The notes below the pieces were generated by a model, which saw only the letters and a program-made list of their open reading frames with translations, was not told the origin of the DNA and did no database searches. DNA of 38,228 bases, from the IMG/VR virus record IMGVR_UViG_3300029206_000010, positions 1-38,228 of that record; one strand, 5' to 3'. Source of the DNA: a virus. How positions within the stretch are numbered: the first letter of the stretch is position 1; every line of letters begins with the position of its first letter. Both the position numbers and the translations under genes were made by a program. This document shows positions 1 through 7,338 of this stretch, one piece after another.

Positions 1-64
1 CGTCCAAATCCGATGAAACGTTACATGAAACGGATGAAACGTTACATGAAACGGATGAAACGCC
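1..64. repeat. 64-bp terminal direct repeat identical to 38165..38228 (circular-contig overlap / terminal redundancy)
   Basis: Read directly: first 64 nt (cgtccaaatccgatgaaacg...gaaacgcc) recur exactly as the last 64 nt of the window. Confidence 0.9.
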
Positions 65-671
65 ATATAAGAGAAGAGAAGAGAAGAATAGAGAAGATAA
101 TAATATAAAATACACCCCCCTTACCCCCCAGGGGGAGCAGGGTGTGGGTGTGAGTACACCTGCACAGACTTCGCCCCTGAAGGCAAGAGAGGCACCTGGG
201 CCTGACCCAGAGCCTAAGCCTGAGACCCCAGCCACGGATCCCCCGCAGGCCCCTGATACGACCACGGACCCGGCTACACCCCCGCAGGCAGATACCACTC
301 ACGGCAACCCTGCGTGGAAAGAGTTCTGCTACGTCTTCTCGTTATGGCCTGTACAGCAGGGGAAGGAGAAGGCGTGGAGAGAATACGCCTACCTCAAGGC
401 AAGGCACATCGTCCCTGAGTCCTACGCCCTTGCTGACATCATCGAGCGCTTCAAGGCGGAGGACCGACGATGGAAGCGCGGCTACGTCCCCATGATGAGC
501 AACTGGCTCCACGACAGACGCTGGGACGACGTGCCGGAGAAGGCGCCGGCGAAGAGCTACGCCCCGGACGAGAACGGGTCCACTCCCTACGTGGACGAGC
601 ATGACCAGGATTACACGTCTTCGGGCTTTGGTTCGATTTTTGACTCGTTGAAGGAGAAAGCAAATGCGTAA
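1..671 (+). CDS. C-terminal portion of wrap-around replication initiator ORF (continues from 37795..38164); Pro/Thr/Asp-rich linker plus conserved W-rich C-terminal domain (NPAWKEF..WREYAYLKA..WL.DRRWDD)
   Basis: Frame 0 is open from nt 3 to stop at 669-671 with no in-frame stop upstream of the GTG at 144. Reading SKSDETLHETDETLHETDETP continues the 37795 ORF. Stop overlaps the DnaC-like start. The ORF track lists 144..671. Confidence 0.7.
   Translation, partial: SKSDETLHETDETLHETDETPYKRREEKNREDNNIKYTPLTPQGEQGVGVSTPAQTSPLKAREAPGPDPEPKPETPATDPPQAPDTTTDPATPPQADTTHGNPAWKEFCYVFSLWPVQQGKEKAWREYAYLKARHIVPESYALADIIERFKAEDRRWKRGYVPMMSNWLHDRRWDDVPEKAPAKSYAPDENGSTPYVDEHDQDYTSSGFGSIFDSLKEKANA
10..62 (+). 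repeat. iteron-like tandem repeat: 21-bp unit gatgaaacgttacatgaaacg x2.5 (five ATGAAACG 8-mers, alternating 12/9-bp spacing); putative replication-origin iterons inside initiator ORF
   Basis: Seen in sequence; also present in the duplicate at 38174..38226. Confidence 0.7.
65..113. promoter_or_regulatory. AT-rich, purine-skewed tract (agagaagagaagagaagaatagagaagataataatataaaata) immediately 3' of iterons; candidate DNA-unwinding element of ori
   Basis: Composition: about 75% A+T in a genome of about 58-60% GC; juxtaposed to iterons as in lambda ori. Confidence 0.4.
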
Positions 672-1458
672 AATGGAAGCCCTTTTCCGGGCAAAGGATA
701 TGCGCCCGGCTATATGCCAGAGGCACGGAGACTACATCTCGTACCTCCTCCCCTGCCAGTACAAAGAAATCTGGAGCCGGTGCCCCGAGTGTGAGAAAGA
801 GATTCAGCTCGAGAAGGATCTCCACGAAGAAGCCAACGCCCGCGCCGAGATTGCTGCATGGCGCATTGAGCAGCTCATGGGTCAGGCCTGTATCCCGCCG
901 AGATTCGCGAACCGGAGCTTTGAGAACTTCCGCACAGACGAGGACGAACAAAAAATGGCCCTCCGCGCATGCATGAGCTACGCCGTGACCGGATGGGAAG
1001 ACACGATGAAAACCGGCCGGAGCCTCTGCATCCTCGGACGCCCCGGTACAGGAAAAACGCACCTCGCCGCCGCGATGGTGCGATCCGTCATCAGCCGGGG
1101 TTTCCCCGCCGTGTACGTCAGGGAGGCGGACATCTTCCGCCGCATCAAGGAGACGTACATGTCGCGGACTGTGAGCGAACGGCAGGCCATGGCCGATTTC
1201 GTGAAGCCGGCCCTGCTCGTGATTGACGAGGTGGGGAGGCAGTACGGGACGCCGGCGGAGCGCTTCATGTTTTTTGACGTCATTGACAGACGCTACGAGA
1301 ACATGAAGCCCACGATTCTCATCTCGAACCTGGACAAGACCCATTTCCGCGAGCTGCTTGGTCTCTCTCTCTTCTCGCGCCTCGCAGAGGGCGGAGGGCA
1401 GCTTCTCGTCCTTGCCGGCAAGGATATGAGACTGGAGGCAAGCCATGGCGTCGCTTAA
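664..1458 (+). CDS. DnaC/IstB-like AAA+ helicase loader (replication protein)
   Basis: Walker A GRPGTGKTHLAAA, Walker B LLVIDEVG, N-terminal Cys-rich region; RBS aaggag 8 nt upstream; 264 aa. Confidence 0.9.
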   Translation: MRKMEALFRAKDMRPAICQRHGDYISYLLPCQYKEIWSRCPECEKEIQLEKDLHEEANARAEIAAWRIEQLMGQACIPPRFANRSFENFRTDEDEQKMALRACMSYAVTGWEDTMKTGRSLCILGRPGTGKTHLAAAMVRSVISRGFPAVYVREADIFRRIKETYMSRTVSERQAMADFVKPALLVIDEVGRQYGTPAERFMFFDVIDRRYENMKPTILISNLDKTHFRELLGLSLFSRLAEGGGQLLVLAGKDMRLEASHGVA

Positions 1459-1846
1459 CAACGTCACCCTCATCGGCCTTCTCGGCCGTGACCCCGAGGA
1501 GGTGCACGCCGGACAGAGCAGCTTCGCCCGTCTCTCCGTGGCCACGGACGACGGCTACCGTGACCAGTCCGGCCAGAAGGTGGAGCGCACCACCTGGCAC
1601 AGTGTGACGTGCGGCGGAAAGACGGCGGACTTTGTGCTGAAGTATCTGCACAAGGGAAGTCAGGTCCTCGTGCAGGGGCGGTATCTGTCACGTAAGTACC
1701 AGACCAAGGACGGGCGAGACGCCGTGTCCTGGTACGTGCAGGCCCAGAGAGTACAGTCCCTCGGTGGCCACGGTGGCCACGATGACCAGCAGCAGGGGCA
1801 GGGGCACCAGCAGGGAGGCGGGTACGATGACTCGTGGAAGTATTAA
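1445..1846 (+). CDS. ssb: single-stranded DNA-binding protein
   Basis: MASLNNVTLIGLLGRDPE... OB-fold SSB N-terminus; Gly/Gln-rich tail ending DDSWKY; 133 aa. Confidence 0.9.
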   Translation: MASLNNVTLIGLLGRDPEEVHAGQSSFARLSVATDDGYRDQSGQKVERTTWHSVTCGGKTADFVLKYLHKGSQVLVQGRYLSRKYQTKDGRDAVSWYVQAQRVQSLGGHGGHDDQQQGQGHQQGGGYDDSWKY

Positions 1847-2222
1847 GACTCCCACCCCCACAGAGCACGAGGAGCAGGCCGCGCTCATCGAGTGGTGGAA
1901 TCTGTACGCCAAGGCCCGGCACATGCCGAACTTCCTGCTCATGGCGATACCGAACGGCGGAAAACGCACCACAACCACGGGAGCGCGCCTCCATGCCGAG
2001 GGCGTGAGAGCGGGTATCCCCGACCTTTTCTTGGCTATAGCCAGGGGGGAGTGGCACGGGCTTTGGATCGAGATGAAGCGCCGGAAAGGGGGCTTCCTCT
2101 CCGACCCTCAGAGGACGGCCCTTCTGGCGCTGAAGCTCGAGGGCTACTCCACGGCCGTATGCTACGGCTGGCAGGAAGCCAGAGATACAGTCATCAGATA
2201 CATGGAGGGGCTATGGGCATGA
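1827..2222 (+). CDS. VRR-NUC domain nuclease
   Basis: EQAALIEWW..IPNGG..G..AEGVRAGIPDL..IEMKRRKGGFLSDPQ motif set of VRR-NUC; start moved to internal ATG (M22 of track ORF 1764) with GGAGG RBS just after ssb stop. Confidence 0.8.
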   Translation: MTRGSIKTPTPTEHEEQAALIEWWNLYAKARHMPNFLLMAIPNGGKRTTTTGARLHAEGVRAGIPDLFLAIARGEWHGLWIEMKRRKGGFLSDPQRTALLALKLEGYSTAVCYGWQEARDTVIRYMEGLWA

Positions 2223-2569
2223 AAGGGTGGAGTGAGGATGAGCTGGAGACCGCCGCACGGATGTATGCCGCCGGAGAAAGCTACCGGAGTATAGGGGGGC
2301 AGCTCCACAAGAAAGCAGATACCGTGCGGTACTACATACGCGCCCACAGCGAGCTTTTCCCTGAGCCGACGGATAAAAAGGACATCCTGCGCGGCAAGGC
2401 GTCCTACAGACAAATCACCAGGTACATGCGCCGCTGCCACGACTGCGGCCGGCCTACGACAGACTATCGCTGTCCTGCGTGCTGGGACCGCCTGAGGAGC
2501 AGGGGAGGATACGCTCCTAAGGGTGATGCCTCTGATATGGATACGGTGACGTATGGGCCCGCACAGTGA
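2213..2569 (+). CDS. small DNA-binding protein: N-terminal Myb/SANT (GcrA-like) HTH plus C-terminal CxxC..CxxC zinc ribbon
   Basis: WSEDELETAARMYAAGESYRSIGGQL..VRYY motif; CHDCG..CPAC; start at internal ATG (M108 of track ORF 1892) with GGAGG RBS, overlapping the VRR-NUC stop. Confidence 0.65.
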   Translation: MGMKGWSEDELETAARMYAAGESYRSIGGQLHKKADTVRYYIRAHSELFPEPTDKKDILRGKASYRQITRYMRRCHDCGRPTTDYRCPACWDRLRSRGGYAPKGDASDMDTVTYGPAQ

Positions 2570-2651
2570 GATTTTATCATGGCCGCTTGTGGGTTAGTCG
2601 GAAAACGCAAGGAAAGCCCACACGGGGCGATTTTGGGCGTCTGGAGGGTAT

Positions 2652-2861
2652 ATGAATAGCACAGAGAGTAAAAAGGCATTCCGGCTGATGGCCGCTGAGC
2701 TGGCGATTGTGTCTGTGTTTGTCGTTGTAGCGGTCTTCTGCGCCGCTCGCGTGGGGATGTCTTTATCCTCGTGTCTGGTCTCGCTCGCGCTGGGTGCACT
2801 GCTCGGGGCTGGACTGGATGCCCTGCGCGGCAGACTGCGGAGGCGGCATGCTGACAGATAG
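2652..2861 (+). CDS. small membrane protein (two predicted TM helices)
   Basis: RBS ggaggg upstream of ATG; hydrophobic stretches AELAIVSVFVVVAVFCAA and LVSLALGALLGAGL. Confidence 0.5.
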   Translation: MNSTESKKAFRLMAAELAIVSVFVVVAVFCAARVGMSLSSCLVSLALGALLGAGLDALRGRLRRRHADR

Positions 2862-3195
2862 CCACCGTACATACGGATGGACGCCACACAGAGACGCCCT
2901 TCTTGCCCATCTGGTAGGCGCTGGCTACTCGTGGAGCGTGATAGGCACCTTATGCGGGCGCTCGAGGAAAGAGGCACAGCACAGGTGGAGCGTCCTTCAG
3001 AGTGAAGGCGTCGTGCCTGCCCTGAAGAAGCGGAGAAAAGCCAGGATACGATGGACGCAGAAGATGGATACCCTGCTTGTCTCTCTGAGACAGGAGGGTG
3101 CCCCATGGGCGGAGATAGCCGTCCGCCTAGGTATCAGTCTTTACGCGGCATGGAGCCGCGGACAAAAAATTGAACAAAAGGAGATAAAAATATGA
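2848..3195 (+). CDS. DNA-binding protein with two tandem Myb/SANT-like (GcrA-like) HTH repeats
   Basis: Repeats WTPHRDALLAHLVGAGYSWSVIGTLCGRSRKEAQHRW and WTQKMDTLLVSLRQEGAPWAEIAVRLGIS; start uncertain (2794 or ATG 2848 with GGAGG). Confidence 0.6.
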   Translation: MLTDSHRTYGWTPHRDALLAHLVGAGYSWSVIGTLCGRSRKEAQHRWSVLQSEGVVPALKKRRKARIRWTQKMDTLLVSLRQEGAPWAEIAVRLGISLYAAWSRGQKIEQKEIKI

Positions 3196-3542
3196 CCAGG
3201 AAAGAGTGCCTCGACGCAGCCGGCAAGGCCGTACTGACAGATCGGGCCCGTGAATACGGGCACCCCGAAGATAGTTTCGCCCTTATCGCGGCCCTGTGGA
3301 GCCGCTACACCGGGTGCGACATCTCCACCGCGGATGTGGCCGCCATGATGATCCTCCTGAAGCTCGCCCGCGTGGAGGGGAATCCCCGGCACACAGACAG
3401 TTGGGTGGACATTGCCGGATACGCGGCCTGCGGTGCTGAGTGTGCTGCCGCTATGTCCGGATGCGAGCGCGTTGGCGGTGTGGACTATGCCCCGGGGCGT
3501 ATAGCCCCGAAGACGGGCCGGGAGGATGGCAATGAGCTGTAA
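3192..3542 (+). CDS. conserved phage protein resembling the DUF6378-type family
   Basis: MTRKECLDAAGKAVLTDRAREYGHPEDSFALIAALWS...DVAAMMILLKLARVEGNPRHTDSWVDIAGYAACGAE; strong RBS aggagataaaaat. Confidence 0.6.
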   Translation: MTRKECLDAAGKAVLTDRAREYGHPEDSFALIAALWSRYTGCDISTADVAAMMILLKLARVEGNPRHTDSWVDIAGYAACGAECAAAMSGCERVGGVDYAPGRIAPKTGREDGNEL

Positions 3543-3825
3543 TGTTATCACTTTTGTCACCCCTGCTGGTAAGCTGGGGTCAAGGGAACTCGATGTCCCA
3601 TTGTTGATGAAGCTGGCCGACCGCGTGAAGGCCGCGGAGAAGAAGCATCCGGCCTTCTCCGACGGCATATATCAGGGCGTAGGCGTCATAGGTGAAGAGT
3701 ACGGGGAACTCTGCCAGGCTCTGAATAAGTCGCAGGGGGAAGAGCGCGTCATGGATGAGGCGCTGGACCTGCTCTGTGTCGTCTGGCGCTTCTGCCGCGG
3801 GGACTGGAGGAAGGAAAAGTGCTAA
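3532..3825 (+). CDS. MazG-like nucleotide pyrophosphohydrolase domain protein
   Basis: GVIGEEYGELCQAL and EALDLLCVV motifs typical of small phage MazG-like proteins; 3' 47 bp duplicated at 4787..4833. Confidence 0.5.
   Translation: MSCNVITFVTPAGKLGSRELDVPLLMKLADRVKAAEKKHPAFSDGIYQGVGVIGEEYGELCQALNKSQGEERVMDEALDLLCVVWRFCRGDWRKEKC
3769..3815 (+). repeat. copy A of a 47-bp imperfect direct repeat (about 88% identity) flanking the methyltransferase insertion
   Basis: ctggacctgctctgtgtcgtctggcgcttctgccgcggggactggag vs copy B at 4787..4833. Confidence 0.75.
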
Positions 3826-4640
3826 TGGCTCTCATCTACCCCGGTGGGAAAGTGAAAATCTCCTCATGGGTTATTTCATTTTTTCCACGGCATAAAATAT
3901 ACGTTGAGCCTTTCGGCGGCGCCGCTGGCGTTCTTCTGAACAAGACGCCCTCGCCGCTGGAAGTGTATAACGACCTGAACAGCGATTTAGTCAACTTTTT
4001 CAGTGTGTTGCGCGATAAATCGAAAGCCGCGGAGCTTATCCGGCGGCTGAAGCTGACGCCTTACGCAAGGGAAGAGTACTATAGCTTCTACCCTATGCCT
4101 GATGGTGACGATATAGAGAGGGCGCGCGCTCTGGTGTGCCGGGCGGGTATGGGGATTGGGATACGTGGTGCGGTGTCTGAAAGCCGGCAAGGTTTCGCAG
4201 CCGACAACCAAAGAATCAAAAAATACGCAAAAACTTTTGTTAACCGCGTAGAAAAAATGGAAGAAATAGCAGAGCGTTTACGCTCCGTGGTCATCGAGCA
4301 CAAAGACGCGCTGGAGCTTATCCCGCGCTACGACTCCCCCGATACGCTATGGTATCTGGACCCGCCGTATAACTGCGGATATACCTTCAGATACAGAGCT
4401 GACGTTGATCAGAAGGCCATGCTCGGTGCTTTTAAAAATGTCAGCGGGTATGTCGTGCTGTCTGGATACGAGAACGCGCTGTACGCTGATGAGCTGGCCG
4501 ATTGGCATATGGAGACGCGCCCGCATCATAATTTCGCTAATCAGGAAACAAAAGAATGCCTCTGGCTGTCCCCGCGCACGTGGGATGCGCTTCAGCGTGA
4601 GCGTGATCCCGGGGTGCTGAGACTGGATGACGTGTCATGA
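3819..4640 (+). CDS. Dam-family (D12 class) DNA N6-adenine methyltransferase, orphan
   Basis: EPFGGAAGV (FxGxG SAM motif) and DPPY catalytic motif; 273 aa; no adjacent restriction endonuclease. Confidence 0.85.
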   Translation: MLMALIYPGGKVKISSWVISFFPRHKIYVEPFGGAAGVLLNKTPSPLEVYNDLNSDLVNFFSVLRDKSKAAELIRRLKLTPYAREEYYSFYPMPDGDDIERARALVCRAGMGIGIRGAVSESRQGFAADNQRIKKYAKTFVNRVEKMEEIAERLRSVVIEHKDALELIPRYDSPDTLWYLDPPYNCGYTFRYRADVDQKAMLGAFKNVSGYVVLSGYENALYADELADWHMETRPHHNFANQETKECLWLSPRTWDALQRERDPGVLRLDDVS

Positions 4641-4786
4641 TCCTTTCGTCCGTCAAGGCGGCCTGCGTCTTTTTTTCTTGCGGCTATCCTCTGGCCGGTA
4701 TATATTGTATATCACGCAATCACTCTTGATTTGTTTTGTTGCGGTAGTGGAGGTGTTGGGTATGATTAGCGCTTTGATGGGGCTTG

Positions 4787-4833
4787 ACCTTCTTTGTGTC
4801 GTGTGGCGTTTCTGCCGCGGGGACTGGAGATGA
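4787..4833 (+). repeat. copy B of the 47-bp direct repeat (duplicated 3' end of MazG-like gene)
   Basis: cttgaccttctttgtgtcgtgtggcgtttctgccgcggggactggag; encodes LDLLCVVWRFCRGDWR as does copy A. Confidence 0.75.
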
Positions 4834-4955
4834 TAGATACACTGATAGATATCTTCATCGTCGCGATGAAGATCTTCATCCCGATATGGATAGTGCTTTT
4901 TATTGCGACAGAGTGGGCCGATGATACAGAGAGGCAGCGCTGGCGCGACAGATGA
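4830..4955 (+). CDS. possible 41-aa hydrophobic peptide (MIDTLIDIFIVAMKIFIPIWIVLFIATEW...)
   Basis: Short ORF starting right after repeat copy B; below the 60-aa track cutoff; no RBS seen. Confidence 0.25.
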   Translation: MIDTLIDIFIVAMKIFIPIWIVLFIATEWADDTERQRWRDR

Positions 4956-5092
4956 TGCACTCGTGCCCCTACTGCGGGTGCCCCGACATCTACCTTGCCG
5001 ACACAGACGGGGGCGGCCGCACTGTCGCCTGCCCCTTCTGTTGCAATGGTAAGCAAAAATCAGCCTACGGCTATTGCTGGGGCTATGCGTAA
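4952..5092 (+). CDS. possible 46-aa zinc-ribbon protein (CPYCGCP...CPFCC)
   Basis: MMHSCPYCGCPDIYLADTDGGGRTVACPFCCNGK; overlaps previous peptide stop (ATGATG). Confidence 0.3.
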   Translation: MMHSCPYCGCPDIYLADTDGGGRTVACPFCCNGKQKSAYGYCWGYA

Positions 5093-5303
5093 CCAACGCA
5101 AAAAGGTGGTGATATGTATGAAGTCTAAGGCAAAAGACAAGACGGCGAAACTCTGCGGTGCGGGCGTTCCCTTCCAGAGGATTCGCCGCATTTGACGTCA
5201 CGGGCTATCTTGTCGGCACGCTGGACCGCTTCAACGACGCGAAGCGCGCGGAAGAAGCGGACCGCGTTAAGCACGGTATGGGCAAGTCTGGAAGGCAGGG
5301 GCA

Positions 5304-6083
5304 ATGAGCTACAGCAGGGTAATCCGGGAAGGCCTCTATACGGCCCCGACGTTCAACCTTGGCGGAGACTGTATTCAGGTCTGGGGAAGTGACGGCGGCA
5401 CTCTCATCCAGGACTGCATCTTCGACCTCTCCGCCGTCCCGCTCGCTGACCAGGATGAAGCTATCGACTGCATCAAGGGCGCCCATGTGGTCATCGACCG
5501 CTGCGTCTTCATCGGCTGCAAGAAAGCCATCCTTGGGGGCAACGGGGACTACCCGGCAGAAGACAAGTCAGGGCTTCTCTTTCTCAAAAACTGCGCCTTC
5601 ATCAGGTGCGGGAGAAGGTGTCCCGAGGTGCAGGACGGCGTTATCGCCGATATGAGCCAGTGCTGGGTGCACGACTGGGGCGTGGGATGTTTTGATGTCC
5701 GCACCTTCGGCGCATGGGCCCATCACAGCGCCTGCCTGACTGCCACAAATTGTGTGTTCTCGCGTTCTCACAGTCTTTCCCGCAAAGACTGGATCGTGGA
5801 TCACCTCAATCACCTGGGCGAAGCCTACAACGATGGCGGCATCAGAGATATCTTCTCCCGCCCCTCATGGGTGAGCGGGCAGAGGAGGGGGATAGACTTC
5901 ACTGGATACGGCGCCGGCGGAAGCAGCGGATGCCGGTTCGTCAATTGTCTGCAGATAGGCGGCGGACAGGAGAGCGAGGGTAATCCGTCCCTGGAATGGC
6001 TGAGAGATCTCCCTGACACGTCGCATACGTCTCTGGGGATGGCGCTCTGGGAGTATGTCAAGAAGGAGCTGAGTCTTGAGTGA
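5304..6083 (+). CDS. right-handed parallel beta-helix repeat protein (pectin-lyase fold), function unknown
   Basis: Repeating Cys-containing turns (IQDCIF, IDRCVFIGC, LKNCAFIRC, ATNCVFSRS); RBS ggaaggcagggg; 259 aa. Confidence 0.6.
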   Translation: MSYSRVIREGLYTAPTFNLGGDCIQVWGSDGGTLIQDCIFDLSAVPLADQDEAIDCIKGAHVVIDRCVFIGCKKAILGGNGDYPAEDKSGLLFLKNCAFIRCGRRCPEVQDGVIADMSQCWVHDWGVGCFDVRTFGAWAHHSACLTATNCVFSRSHSLSRKDWIVDHLNHLGEAYNDGGIRDIFSRPSWVSGQRRGIDFTGYGAGGSSGCRFVNCLQIGGGQESEGNPSLEWLRDLPDTSHTSLGMALWEYVKKELSLE

Positions 6084-6282
6084 CGAGAAGGAGAGCCTTA
6101 TCGGGCTGACTGGAATCGCCACGCGGTTCAGGGTCTCAAAAAGCACAGTCCGCCATTGGTACGCCATGGGCGCTCCCATCATCAGGCTGGGGGAGCGCAC
6201 ATACAGAGCCTTTTATGAAAACGTTGTATCCTGGCTGGAATCTCAGGCACAAGGAGAATGGGAATGTACGAAGCAAAAATAG
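6076..6282 (+). CDS. AlpA/Xis-family (MerR-like) HTH DNA-binding protein
   Basis: LTGIATRFRVSKSTVRHWYAMGAPIIRLGERTYRAF pattern of AlpA/excisionase HTH; TTG start overlapping upstream stop; aaggag RBS. Confidence 0.6.
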   Translation: MSDEKESLIGLTGIATRFRVSKSTVRHWYAMGAPIIRLGERTYRAFYENVVSWLESQAQGEWECTKQK

Positions 6283-6482
6283 TTGACGAAATTTGGAAAG
6301 CGCTGAACACCCTTCCGAAAAAGCCCCGGCCCCTCTCGCATATCATTTCACAGGCTTTATATGACGAGGCTGAAGCCTGTGGTGGGTTGTCTGATCTCCT
6401 TGGAACCATTGGCAGCTGGGGAGATACCCTGGATGATGAGTATATCGCCCAGCTGCTTGAGGACTACAATTCGGCATCATAA
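6258..6482 (+). CDS. small acidic hypothetical protein
   Basis: RBS aaggaga 6 nt before ATG; 74 aa, D/E-rich C-terminus. Confidence 0.5.
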   Translation: MGMYEAKIVDEIWKALNTLPKKPRPLSHIISQALYDEAEACGGLSDLLGTIGSWGDTLDDEYIAQLLEDYNSAS

Positions 6483-6516
6483 TTGCGCAATGATACCGAT
6501 GAAGTATATGTAGTAA

Positions 6517-6556
6517 AGAGAAGGCCCCGCGTGTGCGGGGCCTTCTCTTATCTCGT
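6517..6556 (+). terminator. intrinsic terminator: perfect 14-bp GC-rich stem (agagaaggccccgc / gcggggccttctct), GTGT loop, T-rich tail
   Basis: Read directly; ends the rightward early operon. Confidence 0.7.
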
Positions 6557-6633
6557 GGCGTACAGGTGGGCAAGGATGATTTTTCTTGCCATGGTAGAAG
6601 GCTTTTTTTTCAAAAACTTTTTCCTTGCGCAAG

Positions 6634-6672
6634 TGTCAACTTTTTGACATACACTCTATAAAAAGTTATAAA
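6634..6672 (+). promoter_or_regulatory. sigma70-like promoter (-35 TTGACA, 17-bp spacer, -10 TATAAA) with inverted repeat TGTCAA-N4-TTGACA overlapping the -35; adjacent 8-bp palindrome TTGCGCAA
   Basis: Read directly in the AT-rich intergenic region upstream of the lysis/packaging operon. Confidence 0.55.
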
Positions 6673-6705
6673 AATGTAGAAAGTTGATTGCAGGAATTTA
6701 CAAAA

Positions 6706-7338
6706 ATGTCGATTCAGTATGAAAAGGTGTTCCGCTGGCTGGAGACGGTAGAGGGGACCCTGACGTGTACAGGGTATATCCCGTGCCGGCGTCTGTCCGG
6801 CGGGACAGCGAACTACACGGGCCGCGCGCCCGTGACGGACTACGAGGCTATGGGCGCCTCCGGCGTGACCGTAGGCGTAGGCGTGGACCTGGGACAGCAG
6901 ACGCTCTCCCAGCTGAGGCGCTGGGGCGTCCCGGCTCCGCTCCTCGAAAAGGTATCCATATATATAGGTAAGAGGCAGGGCGCCGCTCTCCGCGTACTGC
7001 GCAACCGCCCGCTCACACTCACCCGTGAGCAGGCCCGTGAGCTCACGGACGCTGAGCATCGCGGGTACATGGATGACGTGGTGGTGCCGTGGTGGGACCG
7101 CGGGCCTCACACTATGGCTTTCGCCGATCTGCCGTGGCAGGTGCAGGCCGTGCTCTTCTCTCTCGTCTATCAGTGCGGCGTGAAGGGCGCTGAGCGCCGT
7201 GCGCCCGTCACACTGGCGGCCCTGCGCCGCGGCGACTGGAAGAAGGCGTCTGCCGCACTCCTCGACCGTGACGGGTGGGGCGGTGAGTACCTGGGACGGC
7301 GCGCCGCTGAAGGCCGCCTTCTGCGGGAGATCCGCTGA
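6706..7338 (+). CDS. lysozyme-like muramidase (T4-lysozyme/pesticin-C-terminal-like fold), putative endolysin
   Basis: Glu..Thr..Asp spacing in WLETVEGTLTCTGY...SGVTVGVGVDLGQQ; start at ATG 6706 (M7 of TTG-initiated track ORF); first gene of lysis cassette. Confidence 0.55.
   Translation: MSIQYEKVFRWLETVEGTLTCTGYIPCRRLSGGTANYTGRAPVTDYEAMGASGVTVGVGVDLGQQTLSQLRRWGVPAPLLEKVSIYIGKRQGAALRVLRNRPLTLTREQARELTDAEHRGYMDDVVVPWWDRGPHTMAFADLPWQVQAVLFSLVYQCGVKGAERRAPVTLAALRRGDWKKASAALLDRDGWGGEYLGRRAAEGRLLREIR

Noticed and set aside
1-64. Terminal repeats as attL/attR of an integrated prophage
   Set aside because: The repeat is coding sequence of an ORF that stays in frame across the join. The integrase and attP-like site are internal. 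An assembly overlap of a circular molecule fits better.
451-1545. 364-aa antisense ORF opposite the DnaC-like gene
   Set aside because: Arg/Pro/Gly-rich shadow ORF typical of high-GC DNA. The sense strand carries clear Walker motifs.
4627-4833. 68-aa ORF ending in LDLLCVVWRFCRGDWR
   Set aside because: Created by the duplicated 47-bp repeat. The upstream part lies in noncoding DNA with no RBS. Treated as a scar and not a gene.
4653-5201. 182-aa minus-strand ORF (Arg/Cys-rich)
   Set aside because: Junk-like composition. Overlaps plausible plus-strand micro-ORFs.
5192-5392. 66-aa ORF overlapping the beta-helix gene start
   Set aside because: No RBS. Out of frame with a better-supported gene.
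6610-7110. 166-aa minus-strand ORF across the late promoter and lysozyme gene
   Set aside because: Would run through a terminator and promoter region. Antisense to the lysozyme gene.
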